A stretch of DNA of 63,394 nucleotides, filler included, from Octopus bimaculoides (GCF_001194135.2; 9 parts of 7 records of this genome joined end to end with filler, not necessarily neighbours in it), one strand, 5' to 3'; shown: positions 27,389 to 40,794, counted from the first letter of the whole stretch. Numbers and translations are program-made. Notes: generated by a model from the letters alone, not told the origin.

Positions 27389-27650
27389 ATCTTTCTATCT
27401 ATCTATTTAGCTACATTTTTATCTATGTCTGTATAATAAAAAAAAAATATATATACAAACACACATACACACATAAATACACTCCTGCACACACACAAAC
27501 ACACATAAACACACATAGAAACAAACACACTTACTCACACACACACGCATACGCACTTCAACACACACACACAGGTGTATGTGTATGCGTGTGCGTGGGT
27601 GTGATAGATGTTTGTATGAATGTGCGTATGTGTATGTACTAATATCGGTA

Positions 27651-27712
<62 letters not shown>

Positions 27713-27743
27713 GCACACACACAACAATATATATATATATATA

Positions 27744-27843
27744 NNNNNNNNNNNNNNNNNNNNNNNNNNNNNNNNNNNNNNNNNNNNTTAATTAATTAAN
27801 NNNNNNNNNNNNNNNNNNNNNNNNNNNNNNNNNNNNNNNNNNN
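27744..27843. other. Artificial scaffold linker
   Basis: N44-TTAATTAATTAA-N44. Confidence 0.95.
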
Positions 27844-27944
<101 letters not shown>

Positions 27945-28464
27945 TTTGACTTGAAGATTAGCTATATTTTTGAATAGAATTGATTTTCGATCGATTTAAT
28001 CTATTTGAATATATTTTATTTTCTATTTGAAAACTTGGTTATGAAACACGTGTGGTCGTTTTATTATCATTATCTTATGATTTTTACTTTGTATTATATT
28101 ATACTTATTTATCGTGCATTTACTTATTAATTTTTCTATACGTGACTGGATTTTCATGGATGAGTTCATGAACTTTGTTCTTTTCTATGCCAGCAAATAT
28201 GTATGCACATCATTGTGTGTGAGAGTGTGGAAGCACAATTAGTCGCTGGTTGAATAAGCTTTTAGGTGAAAATATTTTAATAATGCTCTTAGTATTGCGT
28301 CACCCCTAGAAGTAAATGTGGTGTCGTTACTGAGTCGCATATTATTTAATAGCAGTGTGATTCAGCTCCATGCAACTTAAAATTACGTAGGTTCGTAAAA
28401 CGAAACTAGCTTTACATGCACACACGCACACATACATACATACATACATACATATATACATACA

Positions 28465-28498
<34 letters not shown>

Positions 28499-28504
28499 CA
28501 TACA

Positions 28505-28536
<32 letters not shown>

Positions 28537-29361
28537 GATAGATATACATATATATACACATATATACACACACATACAATGTATGGAAGACCGATGCTAT
28601 CACTTACCTTGGTATGGTTATTGAAAAATATACATAAAAAATGAATATATTTTGCATCATGTCAATTAAGACGCTGGATCCAAGTTTAGGGAATTGATCG
28701 TCGTTAATGTAAACAAAAGGCAGAAAAAGAATAGAAGTAAAGTATTAAATGAAATAAAAAAGAATGTTATACGTTAATAGACAAAAAGAATTTTACAAAT
28801 AACAAATGTCTCGTATATGGTCTAATACCGTTATCTATTTTGTAAGGTGAGACCAAATTATAGTGAAGCGAGGAAGGGAATTACTCAAATGGATGGATTT
28901 AGGCTAAACTTTATTAGTAGAAGTTTAATAATTAAGTGCAAGGTTAAGTATAGTTAGGCGGAGGCTTTGTGGTAAGAAGCTTGCTTCCCAACCACATGGC
29001 TCTGGGTTCAATACCACTGCGAGGTACTTTGTACAAGTGTTTTCTACTACAGCCTTGGACCAACCAAAGCCTTGTGGGATCTGACACACGAAAACTGAAA
29101 GAAGCCTGTCACATATGTGTGTGCGTATCTATGCTAGTCCTTCCCCCACACATAACGCTTCACTACCGGTGCTAGTGAGTTTACATCTCTGAAACCGATA
29201 GAATAAGTACCAGTTTTTAAAAAAGCATGTACTGCGTTCGATTCATTCGACTAAAAAATTCTTCAAGGCGGTGCCCTAGCATGGCCATAGTCTAATGACT
29301 AAAGTAAGCAAAAGATAAAAGGTATGATAACTATTTATATTCAAGGTACTATCATCAATGT

Positions 29362-29744
29362 GGAGGCGCAATGGCCCAGTGGTTAGGGCAGCGGACCCGC
29401 GGTCATAGGATCGCGGTTTCGATTCCCAGACCGGACGTTGTGAGTGTTTATTGAGTGAAAACACCTAAAGCTCCACGAGGCTCCAGCAGGGGATGGTGGT
29501 GAACCCTGCTGTACTCTTTCACCACAACTTTCTCTCACTCTTACTTCCTGTTTCTGTTGTACCTGTAATTCAAAGGGTCAGCCTTGTCACACTGTGTCAC
29601 GGTAAACATCTCCGAGAACTACGTTAAGGGTACATGTGTCTGTGGAGTGCTCAGCCACTTGCACGTTAATTTCACGAGCAGGCTGTTCCGTTGATCGGAT
29701 TAACTGGAACACTCGCCGTCGTAGGCGATGGAATGCCAACACAC
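29362..29744 (+). mobile_element. tRNA-derived SINE family C, full length
   Basis: tRNA-like head GGAGGCGCAATGGCCCAGTGGTTAGGGC...GGTTTCGATTCCC; homologous to 50129-50427 (reverse). Confidence 0.8.
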
Positions 29745-29900
29745 TATCATCAATGCAAAATAAGTATTCTTACAGATAGCAAAATGTTCGAATATGGTTT
29801 AATACTCTATCACTCAGCTGAAAATAAGAAACGGCGTAATCTTAAGGATGTCAAGTGGTTAAATAAATATATTCCTCTCTCGAACCTCCGAACTTTTTAT

Positions 29901-30238
29901 GGTATATATGGCTCAGTGCTTAGAGCGTCGAGCTTACGATGGTGAGGTTGTGAGTTCGAATCCCAGACCGGGCTGCATGTTGTGTTCTTGAGCAAGACAC
30001 TTTATTTCACGTTGCTCAAGTTCACTCAGCTGTAGAAATGAGTTGCAATGTCACAGGTGCCAAGCTGTATCAGCCTTTGCCTTTCCCTTGGATAACACTG
30101 GGGGCGTCGAGAGGGGAGACCGGTATGCATAGGCGACTGCTAGTCTTCCATAAACAACCTTGCTCGGACTTGTGCCTGGGAGGGTAACTTTCTAGGTGCA
30201 ATCCCATGGTCAGTGATAACCGAAGGGGGGGTCTCAGC
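29901..30238 (+). mobile_element. tRNA-derived SINE family D
   Basis: Head GGCTCAGTGCTTAGAGCG...GAGTTCGAATCCC, then GTGTTCTTGAGCAAGACACTT; homologues at 46130-46425 (-) and ~1672-1860 (+). Confidence 0.75.
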
Positions 30239-30624
30239 ACCAGAAATGAAGATCTATTGACGTTGGAACTGAGCAAATCCCTATGACGCATGTATAATTA
30301 GCAGCATAATCGTAATAATACATTCCCTTAATTAGCAAACTGAGGTTGGAAATGTATCAACTTTTAACGACTCATTTAACCATATAAACTCTTCCACTTG
30401 CAGAATATTTGCAGTTAAACTGAGAATAGAACTGAGCTTCTCTGCTAGAAGGAGAAAGAAAGGGATAGAAGGGGAGACACAGAGATGCCCTAAAACTTAT
30501 TACTTTTACAACTATTGTTGTTTATTATAACTGAGAATAATCAGATCTGCTCATGTTAATCCTTGGAATGAATAAACGTTCAACGTAAACAACTAGTAGA
30601 AATATTTTGAAATATCTTCAAAGG

Positions 30625-31052
30625 TTTACTTCTTTACTTAATTCAGTCATTTGACTGCGGCCATGCTGAAGCACCGCCTTTAGTCGAGCAAATCGACCCC
30701 AGGACTTATTCTTTGGAAGCCTAGTACTTATTTTATCGGTCTCTTTTGCCGAACCGCTAAGTTACGGGGACGTAAACACACCAGCATCAGTTGTCAAGCG
30801 ATGTTGGGGGGGGGGGACAAACACAGACACACACACATACATATATATACATATACATATATATATATATATATATATACATATATATACGACGGGTTTC
30901 TTTCAGTTTCCGTCTACCAAATCCACTCACAAGGCTTTGCTCGGCACGAGGCTATAGTAGAAGACACTTGCCCAAGGTGCCACCCAGTGGGACTGAACCC
31001 GGAACCATGTGGTTGGAAATCATGCTACTTACCACACAGCCACTCCTGCGCC
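30625..31052 (-). mobile_element. SINE family A, full length
   Basis: Complete head, microsatellite core and tail; homologous to 5546-5905. Confidence 0.85.
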
Positions 31053-31368
31053 AATTATGTTAATGATTCATCTATAGTAAGTAGATTTTTGCTTGCTGCT
31101 GATATATTTCTGCGCCTTTTAACACTATACGTCTATAAGAGACAAATATTGCAGTTTAGAAGGCTTTTAATTATATGTATATTTTAAGTGTGAAATACAC
31201 ATCGTTAAACAATGAATACTGAAACAGAAAAATGGAGGAAAATTATACCCAAGCACTCATCAGGCACTCATCCATATTTACGGTTGTACGCATATAATCT
31301 CCCCACCCATGCGCGCGCGCGCACACAAACCCACCGGTGGACGGACACGCATGCACACATACACACAT

Positions 31369-31412
<44 letters not shown>

Positions 31413-31609
31413 GCACACACGCACACAACCACCGCCATCACCCTCCCTACACACACGCGCGCACACTGAAACACCTGGGCGTGCGAACATGTGTGAACAT
31501 GTACGAGTACTCGATTGAATGCTATGTTCGTTGATATCAATGTAAATGTTGACATTCAAGGTGTATGTGTGTGTGCGTGCGTGTTTGTATACATATATAT
31601 GTTTATACA

Positions 31610-31666
<57 letters not shown>

Positions 31667-31697
31667 TTTGTGCATAGATGTGTATTCTTTATAGAAT

Positions 31698-33259
31698 ACT
31701 AGTTGAATTACCCGGTAATACCCGGAAAAGCCGAGGTTATTTCCAGCTTCCGTTCCCATTATGATGTTGCATGTCCTATCCCGTTCCCTGTTCAGTTCCC
31801 GTTTAAATTACAAATGGATTTACAAATACACGGTGACGTAGGATATAGTTATAAATACTGGCAAGTAATACAGTTGAATCATAAAAATTGATTGATTGTA
31901 ATGGTAAGGTAATATCAATGTTGAATTGGTAGCTGGTTGGATGGATGAGAGGATTGACGATGTGCGACTATGAAACAATTGATTGATGGCTGAATATTAT
32001 CAATTTTGAGGGTTTTCCCTATTGCTGTCACATTGTGAAATTTCAAAATTAGGTCAAAATTTTCAAATTTGGTATATTGAAATAATTTTCCACATAAAAT
32101 CCGAATTTGTTATTAATTTGTTCTAGAAAAATTGCAGTAAAATGTTACTGGGGTTTAAAATTTAACCAATTTTACCTAATCAGTAAACACAATCTGGAAG
32201 TTAGCATTTTCTGCATGATAAATGTTTATCACAAAATGAAAGCAAACTCATTACGTGGAGGGATTTTTATGAAACAAACGAAAGCAAAGCATTACAACGA
32301 TCCAAGTTGTAAGAACTTCTGAAGTTTTAATAAGTTTTAATGAATAAAGTCATGTGAAACGGTCGAACAAACATGTAAATAATTTAAAAGGTAAAAGATC
32401 GTAAACGAATTTTTTTTTCCGAAAAATTGCACAACTCTGTCCTAATCAAGAGGCCTATCTGTTGGAGAAGGCATGGTCTGACATGGAATAAACAGAAATT
32501 TATATAAGACATTCTGTTGTAAAAATTGCCTGACAACGACGGGCTATTCATCAATGGTAGGAAATGAAAGACATTATCTATAGTTTTATTGTTTCAGTAC
32601 GTAGGTAGAGTTTTAATAAATCTTAATACGGTGATTTGAAAACAAATATAAAAACACTTTACTTTTCCCTAAAAANNNNNNNNNNNNNNNNNNNNNNNNN
32701 NNNNNNNNNNNNNNNNNNNNNNNNNNNNNNNNNNNNNNNNNNNNNNNNNNNNNNNNNNNNNNNNNNNNNNNNNNNNNNNNNNNNNNNNNNNNNNNNNNNN
32801 NNNNNNNNNNNNNNNNNNNNNNNNNNNNNNNNNNNNNNNNNNNNNNNNNNNNNNNNNNNNNNNNNNNNNNNNNNNNNNNNNNNNNNNNNNNNNNNNNNNN
32901 NNNNNNNNNNNNNNNNNNNNNNNNNNNNNNNNNNNNNNNNNNNNNNNNNNNNNNNNACACACACACACACACACACACACACACATTCCCTGTCTCACTG
33001 TCTCTTCCTGTTTCCTTCCCTTCTCTAATATCAGCCACCCTCATTATGCCACCATATTTTCCTTCTCATTTTATCATATAATAGCCCAACCCCCGTGGGG
33101 GGGGGGCTATTATCAATTTTTATTGAAATCCAATTAGCCTGTAATTGAAGTGGATGTTAGTTTAACATGTATGCAAAGTTTCGTAAAGATTGGTTCGCTG
33201 GTATAGGCAGCAAGATGGTGACAGGCAGACGGACAGAAAATTTCATTTATATATAAGAT
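31698..33259 (+). mobile_element. Possible Helentron-associated (HINE-like) element termini
   Basis: Left end ACTAG...TACCCG; GC hairpin AATAGCCC...GGGCTATT at 33080-33111; right end GCAAAGTTTCG...ACAGGCAGACGGACAG...TTTATATATAAGAT; interior includes a gap, so a single element is not certain. Confidence 0.4.
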
Positions 33260-33496
33260 GGCTGTGTACTTAGATTGCTTATGCGCTTATGTGTATGTGT
33301 GAGTGTGTATGTCACAACTTCGCTATTATTTTCTGTTTATCTCTTTCTCTCTCCACCTCACTCACAACAGCCAAGCACACACACACACATACATACATAC
33401 ATGCATATATACATACACGAATACATATATATTCATATACACATGCATATCTATATTTCTCTCAAAATATATTTATACATCTATATACACATTGTG

Positions 33497-33532
<36 letters not shown>

Positions 33533-33533
33533 C

Positions 33534-33581
<48 letters not shown>

Positions 33582-33850
33582 GTATAGACAAATATAGATA
33601 TGTATGTGTATATGAATATATATATGTATATGTGTGTATATATAAATATATATGTATGTATATATGTGTGTCTATGTGTGTGAGTGTATGTGGGTGTGTC
33701 GTGAGTGAGGTGACAGAGGAAGCGATAAACAGAAAATAATAGCGAAGTTGTGACATGATTGATAGAAAGAGAGATGAAGAGAGAGAGAGAGAGATGAAGA
33801 GAGAGAGAAAGAGAGAGAGTGTGTGTGTGAGACAGACAGGCAGGCAGGCT

Positions 33851-34020
<170 letters not shown>

Positions 34021-34156
34021 TAGACAGATAGATTAGATAGATAGACACACAGATAATAGGGAATATTTTGCTTGTTTTTCAGTGTTGAAAGCTTGATCTC
34101 ATTTAGAGTTGATGATTGAAGCTGTCTGCTGTTAAATAAACAAGGAGACAGACAAT

Positions 34157-34221
<65 letters not shown>

Positions 34222-34464
34222 GAGGAGTGGTGGGAAACGAGAAAAAGTGGGGTTTTGCTGCCAGGAGCTGGAATGTTACGTCGATGATGTTGTATGATCT
34301 GTCAGAAGCTGAGAACAAGCGATGAAGAAAAATTAAGGACGTAAGCGACCCATCTTTTAACCGGAGAAATGTGATCCGAATTCGGTTATCAATCATAGAA
34401 TATCCAGTCAAAATGACAGCTAATTGAGAAAGTCACTAGGGAATGATTTCGACATGTCGGCTTC

Positions 34465-34480
34465 CAGCGCCATCTGCTGG
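34465..34480 (-). promoter_or_regulatory. CTCF consensus motif
   Basis: Reverse strand CCAGCAGATGGCGCTG, full match to CCASYAGRKGGCRS. Confidence 0.35.
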
Positions 34481-34535
34481 AGCAGCTCTTGAAAGATTAC
34501 TGCGTTGTAAAGCAAATAACAACAACAACAACAAC

Positions 34536-34601
<66 letters not shown>

Positions 34602-35864
34602 CATTTCTTTTATTAGCCTCAGAGACATAGTTGAGAAGGACGTTAGGACAGACAACAATTCTTGTGTGTGGATTTAAGTAAAAGATAGGGAGAAAGGAAA
34701 AGAAAACACAGTGAAATACTATTATCATGTGATAACATCAATAATGCAGTCCTGATACAGGAGGAACTCCAACTAGAGCCAATCAAGAAACTCCACAGAT
34801 CCAGGATTACTCTACCCACCAAATGTACGATCCCTCTCGCCTGCTCTCCAATCAACAGGTGCATATTTAGAGTAGGACCATTCACTATAACCATTTTTGA
34901 ATGAATAAGACTGGTTTTACATGAAGAGGAATTTATGCAAAATGTGAGCGGTATTCATAAATACGGATTTTTGCAATTCACTTATTTTATAATTTCCGGG
35001 ATTTTGGTCTACATATTCACAGCCAGTCATGTTTTATTCACTCTTTTTTTATATCAAAGACGACAAGTTTTTCTCCGAGCATGTGACTGGCTGCGAATAT
35101 ACGGTATTAAAAAGGTCCCAAAAGAACCGAAATGCATCTGGCGTTCACGCTGGTTGAATTTTCTTCTTTCTCTGATATTTACTGTATTCTGCAGCATACA
35201 AGTCGAATATTTTCAGACCAAAATTTCCAACTCCCCATCCCATCCTCAAAGTAGGCCGACTGCTTTTGAGGACCAAAACGACGACTTTTGAGGACCAAAA
35301 ATTGCCTGTGAAATGGAACAAGATTTGGAAAGACAGTGACGATGTTTGAATGCTTGCACTGCAAGTTTACATGGTATATAACGTCAGTTTCTATGCGGAA
35401 AATACGGCATTGGGCTTTTAAGTAAGTCCATGAATGATGCTCTCTCAAGACAAATACTGCAGTAATTGGCCTATCGAGGTTGTGTGTCTACATTAAGTAT
35501 GTTACATAGAAGGCTATTTTAATCAAATACTGCCTCAACTGCATGCACGAGATATGCATATGTATGTATTTATATGCATATATATAGACGCGCGCAAACA
35601 CACACACATGCACACACACACTCGCACACACACACGCACACACACACACACACGCACGCACACACACACACATACACACACACACACGAGTGAGCGCATA
35701 AATGCAAAACAAGGTAGAAAAAATAGTACTCGAATACCGAAGGTAGAGTAATATGCTTTTATTAGAGCTGAAAAAAATCTTCACAAACTGTTAATCATTA
35801 CTCAGAGTTTTATATCACCGTTCGTCGGACAGTTGTGATCAGTATGTTTAATATATAATGCGTT

Positions 35865-36624
35865 GGCGTGGCTGTGTGGTAAGACGCTTGCTTCCAAACC
35901 ACATGGTTCCGAGTTCAGTACCACTACGCGGCACCTTGGACAAGTGTCTTCTACTATAGGATCGCGCCGACCAAAGCCTTGTGAGTGGTATACGGAAGCT
36001 GAAAGAAGCTCGTCATGTATACACACACACACACACACATATATATATATGTATGTATGTATTTATGTATGTATGTATGTATGTATATATACACATACGC
36101 ATCATACATGTCTATATNNNNNNNNNNNNNNNNNNNNNNNNNNNNNNNNNNNNNNNNNNNNNNNNNNNNNNNNNNNNNNNNNNNNNNNNNNNNNNNNNNN
36201 NNNNNNNNNNNNNNNNNNNNNNNNNNNNNNNNNNNNNNNNNNNNNNNNNNNNNNNNNNNNNNNNNNNNNNNNNNNNNNNNNNNNNNNNNNNNNNNNNNNN
36301 NNNNNNNNNNNNNNNNNNNNNNNNNNNNNNNNNNNNNNNNNNNNNNNNNNNNNNNNNNNNNNNNNNNNNNNNNNNNNNNNNNNATATATATATATATATA
36401 TATATACGTATATATTTATGTGTGTATGTGTCTTTGTGTCTGTGTTTGTTCCCCACCACTGCCTGACAACCGGTGTTAGTGTGTTCACGTCTCCGTAACT
36501 TCAACAGTTCGGCAAAAGAGAACGGTAGAAGAAGTACCAAGCTTAAAAAATAAGTGCTGGGGTTGATTTGTTCGATCAAAACCTTTCAAATGCGGTGCTC
36601 CTGCATGGCCGCAGTCAAATGATT
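35865..36624 (+). mobile_element. SINE family A spanning an N gap in its microsatellite core
   Basis: Head at 35865-36015, tail at ~36430-36624. Confidence 0.75.
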
Positions 36625-37510
36625 AAATTTGTTAAATTGCAGTAATATTGTAGATTAAGTATAAAAACAAACTCGACTTAACAGAGCTTAATTTCGATTT
36701 GGAGACCGCAGGATTATTTGGGCCCGGCTCATTTCTACTTCGTTAGTCTGCTGACTACTCGCATTTTTAATACGCAGTATACCCCATTTATTCTTATGTT
36801 TCATGTCAAGTAGTTATATAACTGAAATTAGAAGCAATTTTGTATGTCTTTTCATCATATAAGTTAAAGGTGAAGAATTTGTATTTAAAGGAGTGTCAGT
36901 ATATCTTAGACCCTAGAAAGGAAACATCTTTCACTGTACCAACAAGTGTTGTCACCTCCACTAACATTAACGTAATGCAAACGATTACAAATGATCAATT
37001 ACAACGTCTGAACCGCTCCTTATTAATCACCTACTGCAAGCCTTCTCTCCAGCACCACTAACCATTTAAAACTTGAATGAAAGCAGAAACTGTTCTGCGT
37101 GACATCTCCATGGTTTTCAACCATGACCCAACTAGAAAAAACTGCTGACAGTGTATTCGATTTATCACTGATCACAGGAACTGATACGCTTCTGTCAGGT
37201 TCGTTGGCTGCCTCGAAATTTAATCTCACATGAAGATAAAACAATGCCATGCGAAATAACTTTGAGGGAGTCAGTCAAGGAGCGCTACGAATTAATGAGA
37301 GAGCACTTACATGACGGCCACGGCTGACATGCTTCTCGTCATGCGGCTGCTCGATCAGGGCTGACCTGAGACTGAAGAACAAATACAACAGCAACGTCAA
37401 GAGAGCTTCTACACAGTCGACAGACCTGCCAGAAATAGCAACCAAATTTCTTTCAAATCACACGCTATGGACTAAAGAAAATTGTGACATGTTAGACAAT
37501 CTACTTTCTG

Positions 37511-37562
<52 letters not shown>

Positions 37563-37666
37563 ATATATATTCACCCATTCCCTTCCAGTCATTTCAAAAT
37601 GTAACCACATGTGACTCATTGGCGCTTTTTTCCCCTCCGTCTTCCTTTTCTATTGGACTTTGCTCT

Positions 37667-37701
37667 GTTTCTGAAGAAGAGCTTTACTCGAAACGTTAAA
37701 C
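37667..37701 (+). ncRNA. Minimal type-I hammerhead ribozyme-like motif
   Basis: GTTT-CTGAAGA-A-GAG-CTTTA-CTC-GAAA-CG-TT-AAAC: 4-bp stem I, CUGANGA/GAAA core, 3-bp stem II, palindromic AACGTT stem III. Confidence 0.55.
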
Positions 37702-37865
37702 CATCTTTCTTTCCTTCCCTGAGCGTCTGCTAATACTCCACATGCACCACGACCTAACGCTGTTGTTTTTTGTGTTTGTTCTTCATTTTTTTCTTTTTTT
37801 GGTGGGGGATTTTACACATACACACACACACATATATATAATCCAATGTAAACAATATACAGTTA

Positions 37866-38017
37866 CGAGTTGCTAATAGTTTCATGCATTGGAGATGTAT
37901 AACACACCTTGCATCTCCAAGTAATCTAAAGGCTGTGAGCACATGGCCTATACGGTTAGCAAAGTCTGCAAATTGCTTAGACACTAAATCTGCAGTGCAT
38001 GAAACTATTAGTACCTG
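37866..38017. mobile_element. Small TA-flanked MITE (Tc1/mariner-like)
   Basis: Perfect 16-bp IR CTAATAGTTTCATGCA (37873-37888 / 37996-38011); TA at both flanks; inner 9-bp stem TTGGAGATG/CATCTCCAA. Confidence 0.55.
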
Positions 38018-38495
38018 TATAATGGTTTCATCAAATAATACTTATCTCTCGCTGGATGGAGTACTTTTNNNNNNNNNNNNNNNNNNNNNNNNNNNNNNNN
38101 NNNNNNNNNNNNNNNNNNNNNNNNNNNNNNNNNNNNNNNNNNNNNNNNNNNNNNNNNNNNNNNNNNNNNNNNNNNNNNNNNNNNNNNNNNNNNNNNNNNN
38201 NNNNNNNNNNNNNNNNNNNNNNNNNNNNNNNNNNNNNNNNNNNNNNNNNNNNNNNNNNNNNNNNNNNNNNNNNNNNTTATGAGAGGTAATGGTGTCAGTA
38301 AGACCCACAAGGTGTCAGGTAATGCTGAGTAAGTGCTATGGATAGGCCATAGTTAAGCTCCAGGTTCGGTGATTATGCGAATAAGGAGTCCAACGTAGGT
38401 TATATATCAGCGTGTGTATATATAAAAAAATTTTTTTTCAGAATGAGATAATAAAACCAAGGCTGTGAAGATTTTAGAACATTTATAAACAGAAG

Positions 38496-38543
38496 GTCTT
38501 ACAGCTATTTCCAGGATATTTATTATATCCCTTCATCGGAGAC
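38496..38543 (-). ncRNA. Degenerate type-I hammerhead motif
   Basis: GTCT-CCGATGA-A-GGGATAT-AATAA-ATATCCT-G-GAAA-TAGCTG-TA-AGAC; stems I and II intact, two core-proximal substitutions. Confidence 0.45.
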
Positions 38544-38604
38544 GGTGTGAGAAAATGGTTAAGCAATAGTTAATTTAGATAAGATACAAAATAGAGTGTG
38601 AAGG

Positions 38605-38720
38605 GGCAAAGTTTGCAGGTTGAGCGTTGACCTCGGTATGAGGCACTTTACATATTAAAGCACAACTCTCCAGCACTGCTAAATAAACATAATGAGACAC
38701 TAAGCACATGCAACCACCGC
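38605..38720 (+). pseudogene. PLE GIY-YIG endonuclease C-terminal remnant
   Basis: GKVCRL / YEALYILKHNSPALLNKHNETLSTCNHR (frameshifted) matches the C.LC..EK..IL...LLNKR.E...CRH tail of PLE proteins. Confidence 0.55.
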
Positions 38721-39116
38721 TTTTTTCACACATTCAGCTTCTACCACAAAAACAAATGCCTAAACGACCATACAGTATATTTCCACAATACCCCTTAAGT
38801 AATCCCAATAACCTTATAAATCTACATTTTAACTCTTAATTCTTATTTAATTCTTTACTCATAGTCGAATATCACAACCATCTAATTATATTCGTGTGGA
38901 TATGCGTGCATGCATATGTGTGTGTATATGTATGTGTATGTATGCGTCTATGTATGTATGTGTGTATAAGTGAATGCATGTATGTATGCAAGGTATGTAT
39001 ACCTGCGTATAAAGGGGCGATAATACATACAGATACACGTATATATGGGTGAGCATATGTACATATGCACATGAGTACGAGTTGTATATGTAGATATTGA
39101 TATGTATAAACATCTG

Positions 39117-39191
<75 letters not shown>

Positions 39192-39594
39192 GTCTAATAT
39201 ATACATATGTATACATCTTCACATATATATTTCCTTCTACTACTAAGCACTGACCTGTCCAGCCACCTAATCTGTGTTCTTAACTTCTTCATTCCTTACT
39301 ACTACCCCTCTCTCTGCCCCACCACTTAGACTCTGTCACTACATAACTGATACTCCTTTACTTTTTATACCTCTCTCGCTCTCTATCACCCCTCATTCCT
39401 TCTATCATTTTGCACTATAATACCTTTCTCTCTCTATCACCCTCATCTCCCCATTCCTACTTTCAAATTATCTTGACTGACCACTAACTGGTACGCTTTC
39501 CCATATTATCTCACTCCTTGTTTTTCTGTTTTCTTTTTTCTTTCTTTTCTTTATTCCTCTCTTCCTTTTTGATTTTGGTAGAAGAATTTTACCA

Positions 39595-39800
39595 CTTGGA
39601 TGCATTACTGAGCGCGATAAATTTTTTCATGATGAATTTCTCAGATCCGTGAGCACATAGAATCTGCAAAGAGAGGGGAAAGATTAGATAATTAATTTTC
39701 ATAATGTCCTTTATATTGTATCAAAATTTCATGCATTTATTTACAAAATTAAGGAAGTTATTAAAAATTGAAACCTATCAGTGACTTTTGGGACACCCTG
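39595..39800. mobile_element. Tc1/mariner right-end remnant
   Basis: Ends GACTTTTGGGACACCCTG|TA; TIR related to that of 11809-11994; left boundary approximate. Confidence 0.5.
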
Positions 39801-40543
39801 TATATATTTACATATAGGACTTTGTAAAAGATTCTCTGAGCCAATGCAGGATTGAAACGACTGGGAGGCTCCAATGCAAGGCAGAAGTAACTGGTGCACA
39901 AAAGTAGGCAGTGACATCAAGACATTCTAGGAATCTAGGGCTAATGTAAAGCTAGCAGGCAAAAAAAGGGAACCTGTGGGATCAATAGTCCCACGGTTTG
40001 AGTGTGATGAACGTGGAAATTTATCTTCTTTTAAAGTGGGCCCCATAAGTACGCAAGCACACTGAAACTCTTCAAACTGAATACAAGCTATTTCAGTTTA
40101 CTACTGTGTGTGCGATCTATGCAGTGGAGAATTTTTTAACTAATCTGGACTCACAGTCGAGTTGCTCTTCAGAACGAGCACTCAATCACAACACATGAAT
40201 AAGAATGTGCATATGTAACAAAAAATACAAGTGATTTGCTCCCTTTAAAAGCCATTGTAGATCTAAAGGTCACTAAAAATGATTCAAAAATAAATAATTT
40301 GTCAGCAATTGTCATTGACATGTAACGAATTAATAAGTATCGCAGATATAAAATTAATGTAGACAGCAGTTTGAAATGTTTCACCAAAAAGGAAAACTAT
40401 AATTGTCACTAAATGTGACTAGGGTGTTAGAAACACCTACATTGCTAGAAATAAGACCTAAAATGCTCTAATGGTGTAGTCAAAGCACATAATTGTATAC
40501 ATGTATACTGACGGACAGTTATCATCCGAAAACACCGTTCGTG

Positions 40544-40601
40544 TATTCTTTATATTGACAGTCAGTTTCGGCAATTTCCGTTGCCTCATCAGTAAGGAAT
40601 A
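40544..40601 (-). ncRNA. Type-I hammerhead ribozyme-like motif with canonical core
   Basis: TATTCCTTA-CTGATGA-GGCAA-CGGAAA-TTGCC-GAAA-CTGACTG-TC-AATA-TAAAGAATA: exact CUGAUGA/GAAA core, 5-bp stem II, GUC triplet; stem I 8/9 paired but offset by 4 nt. Confidence 0.6.
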
Positions 40602-40605
40602 ATAG

Positions 40606-40794
40606 TCGCCATGCTTGATCGCTAAATCCACAAGTTTTATTCTCTCTCGGTTTATTTTCTCTTATTCTTTTCTGTTGAAGACCGTAAGCTCGAAATGTAA
40701 ATGTCTTTCTCACTTTCCCGAGCATCAAACTAATACACTTGTTTGTTGTTCATACACCTGTCTTCGTCTTTTGTTTTTCTGTAAATTTCAACTA
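40606..40794 (+). mobile_element. Second copy of the ~200-bp hammerhead-bearing short element
   Basis: Homologous to 6855-7060; motif CTGTTGA-AGACCGTAAGCTC-GAAA-TG-TA is degenerate; ends in (CA)n. Confidence 0.55.

Noticed and set aside
29362-29435. tRNA-like heads of SINE families A, C and D as tRNA genes
   Set aside because: Cloverleafs incomplete and heads continue into SINE bodies with no terminator.
37023-37250. Non-repetitive short ORFs (also 132-383, 8830-9060, 17780-17890, 39940-40065)
   Set aside because: Short, no recognisable motif and no supported splice sites; cannot be told from chance without a database search.
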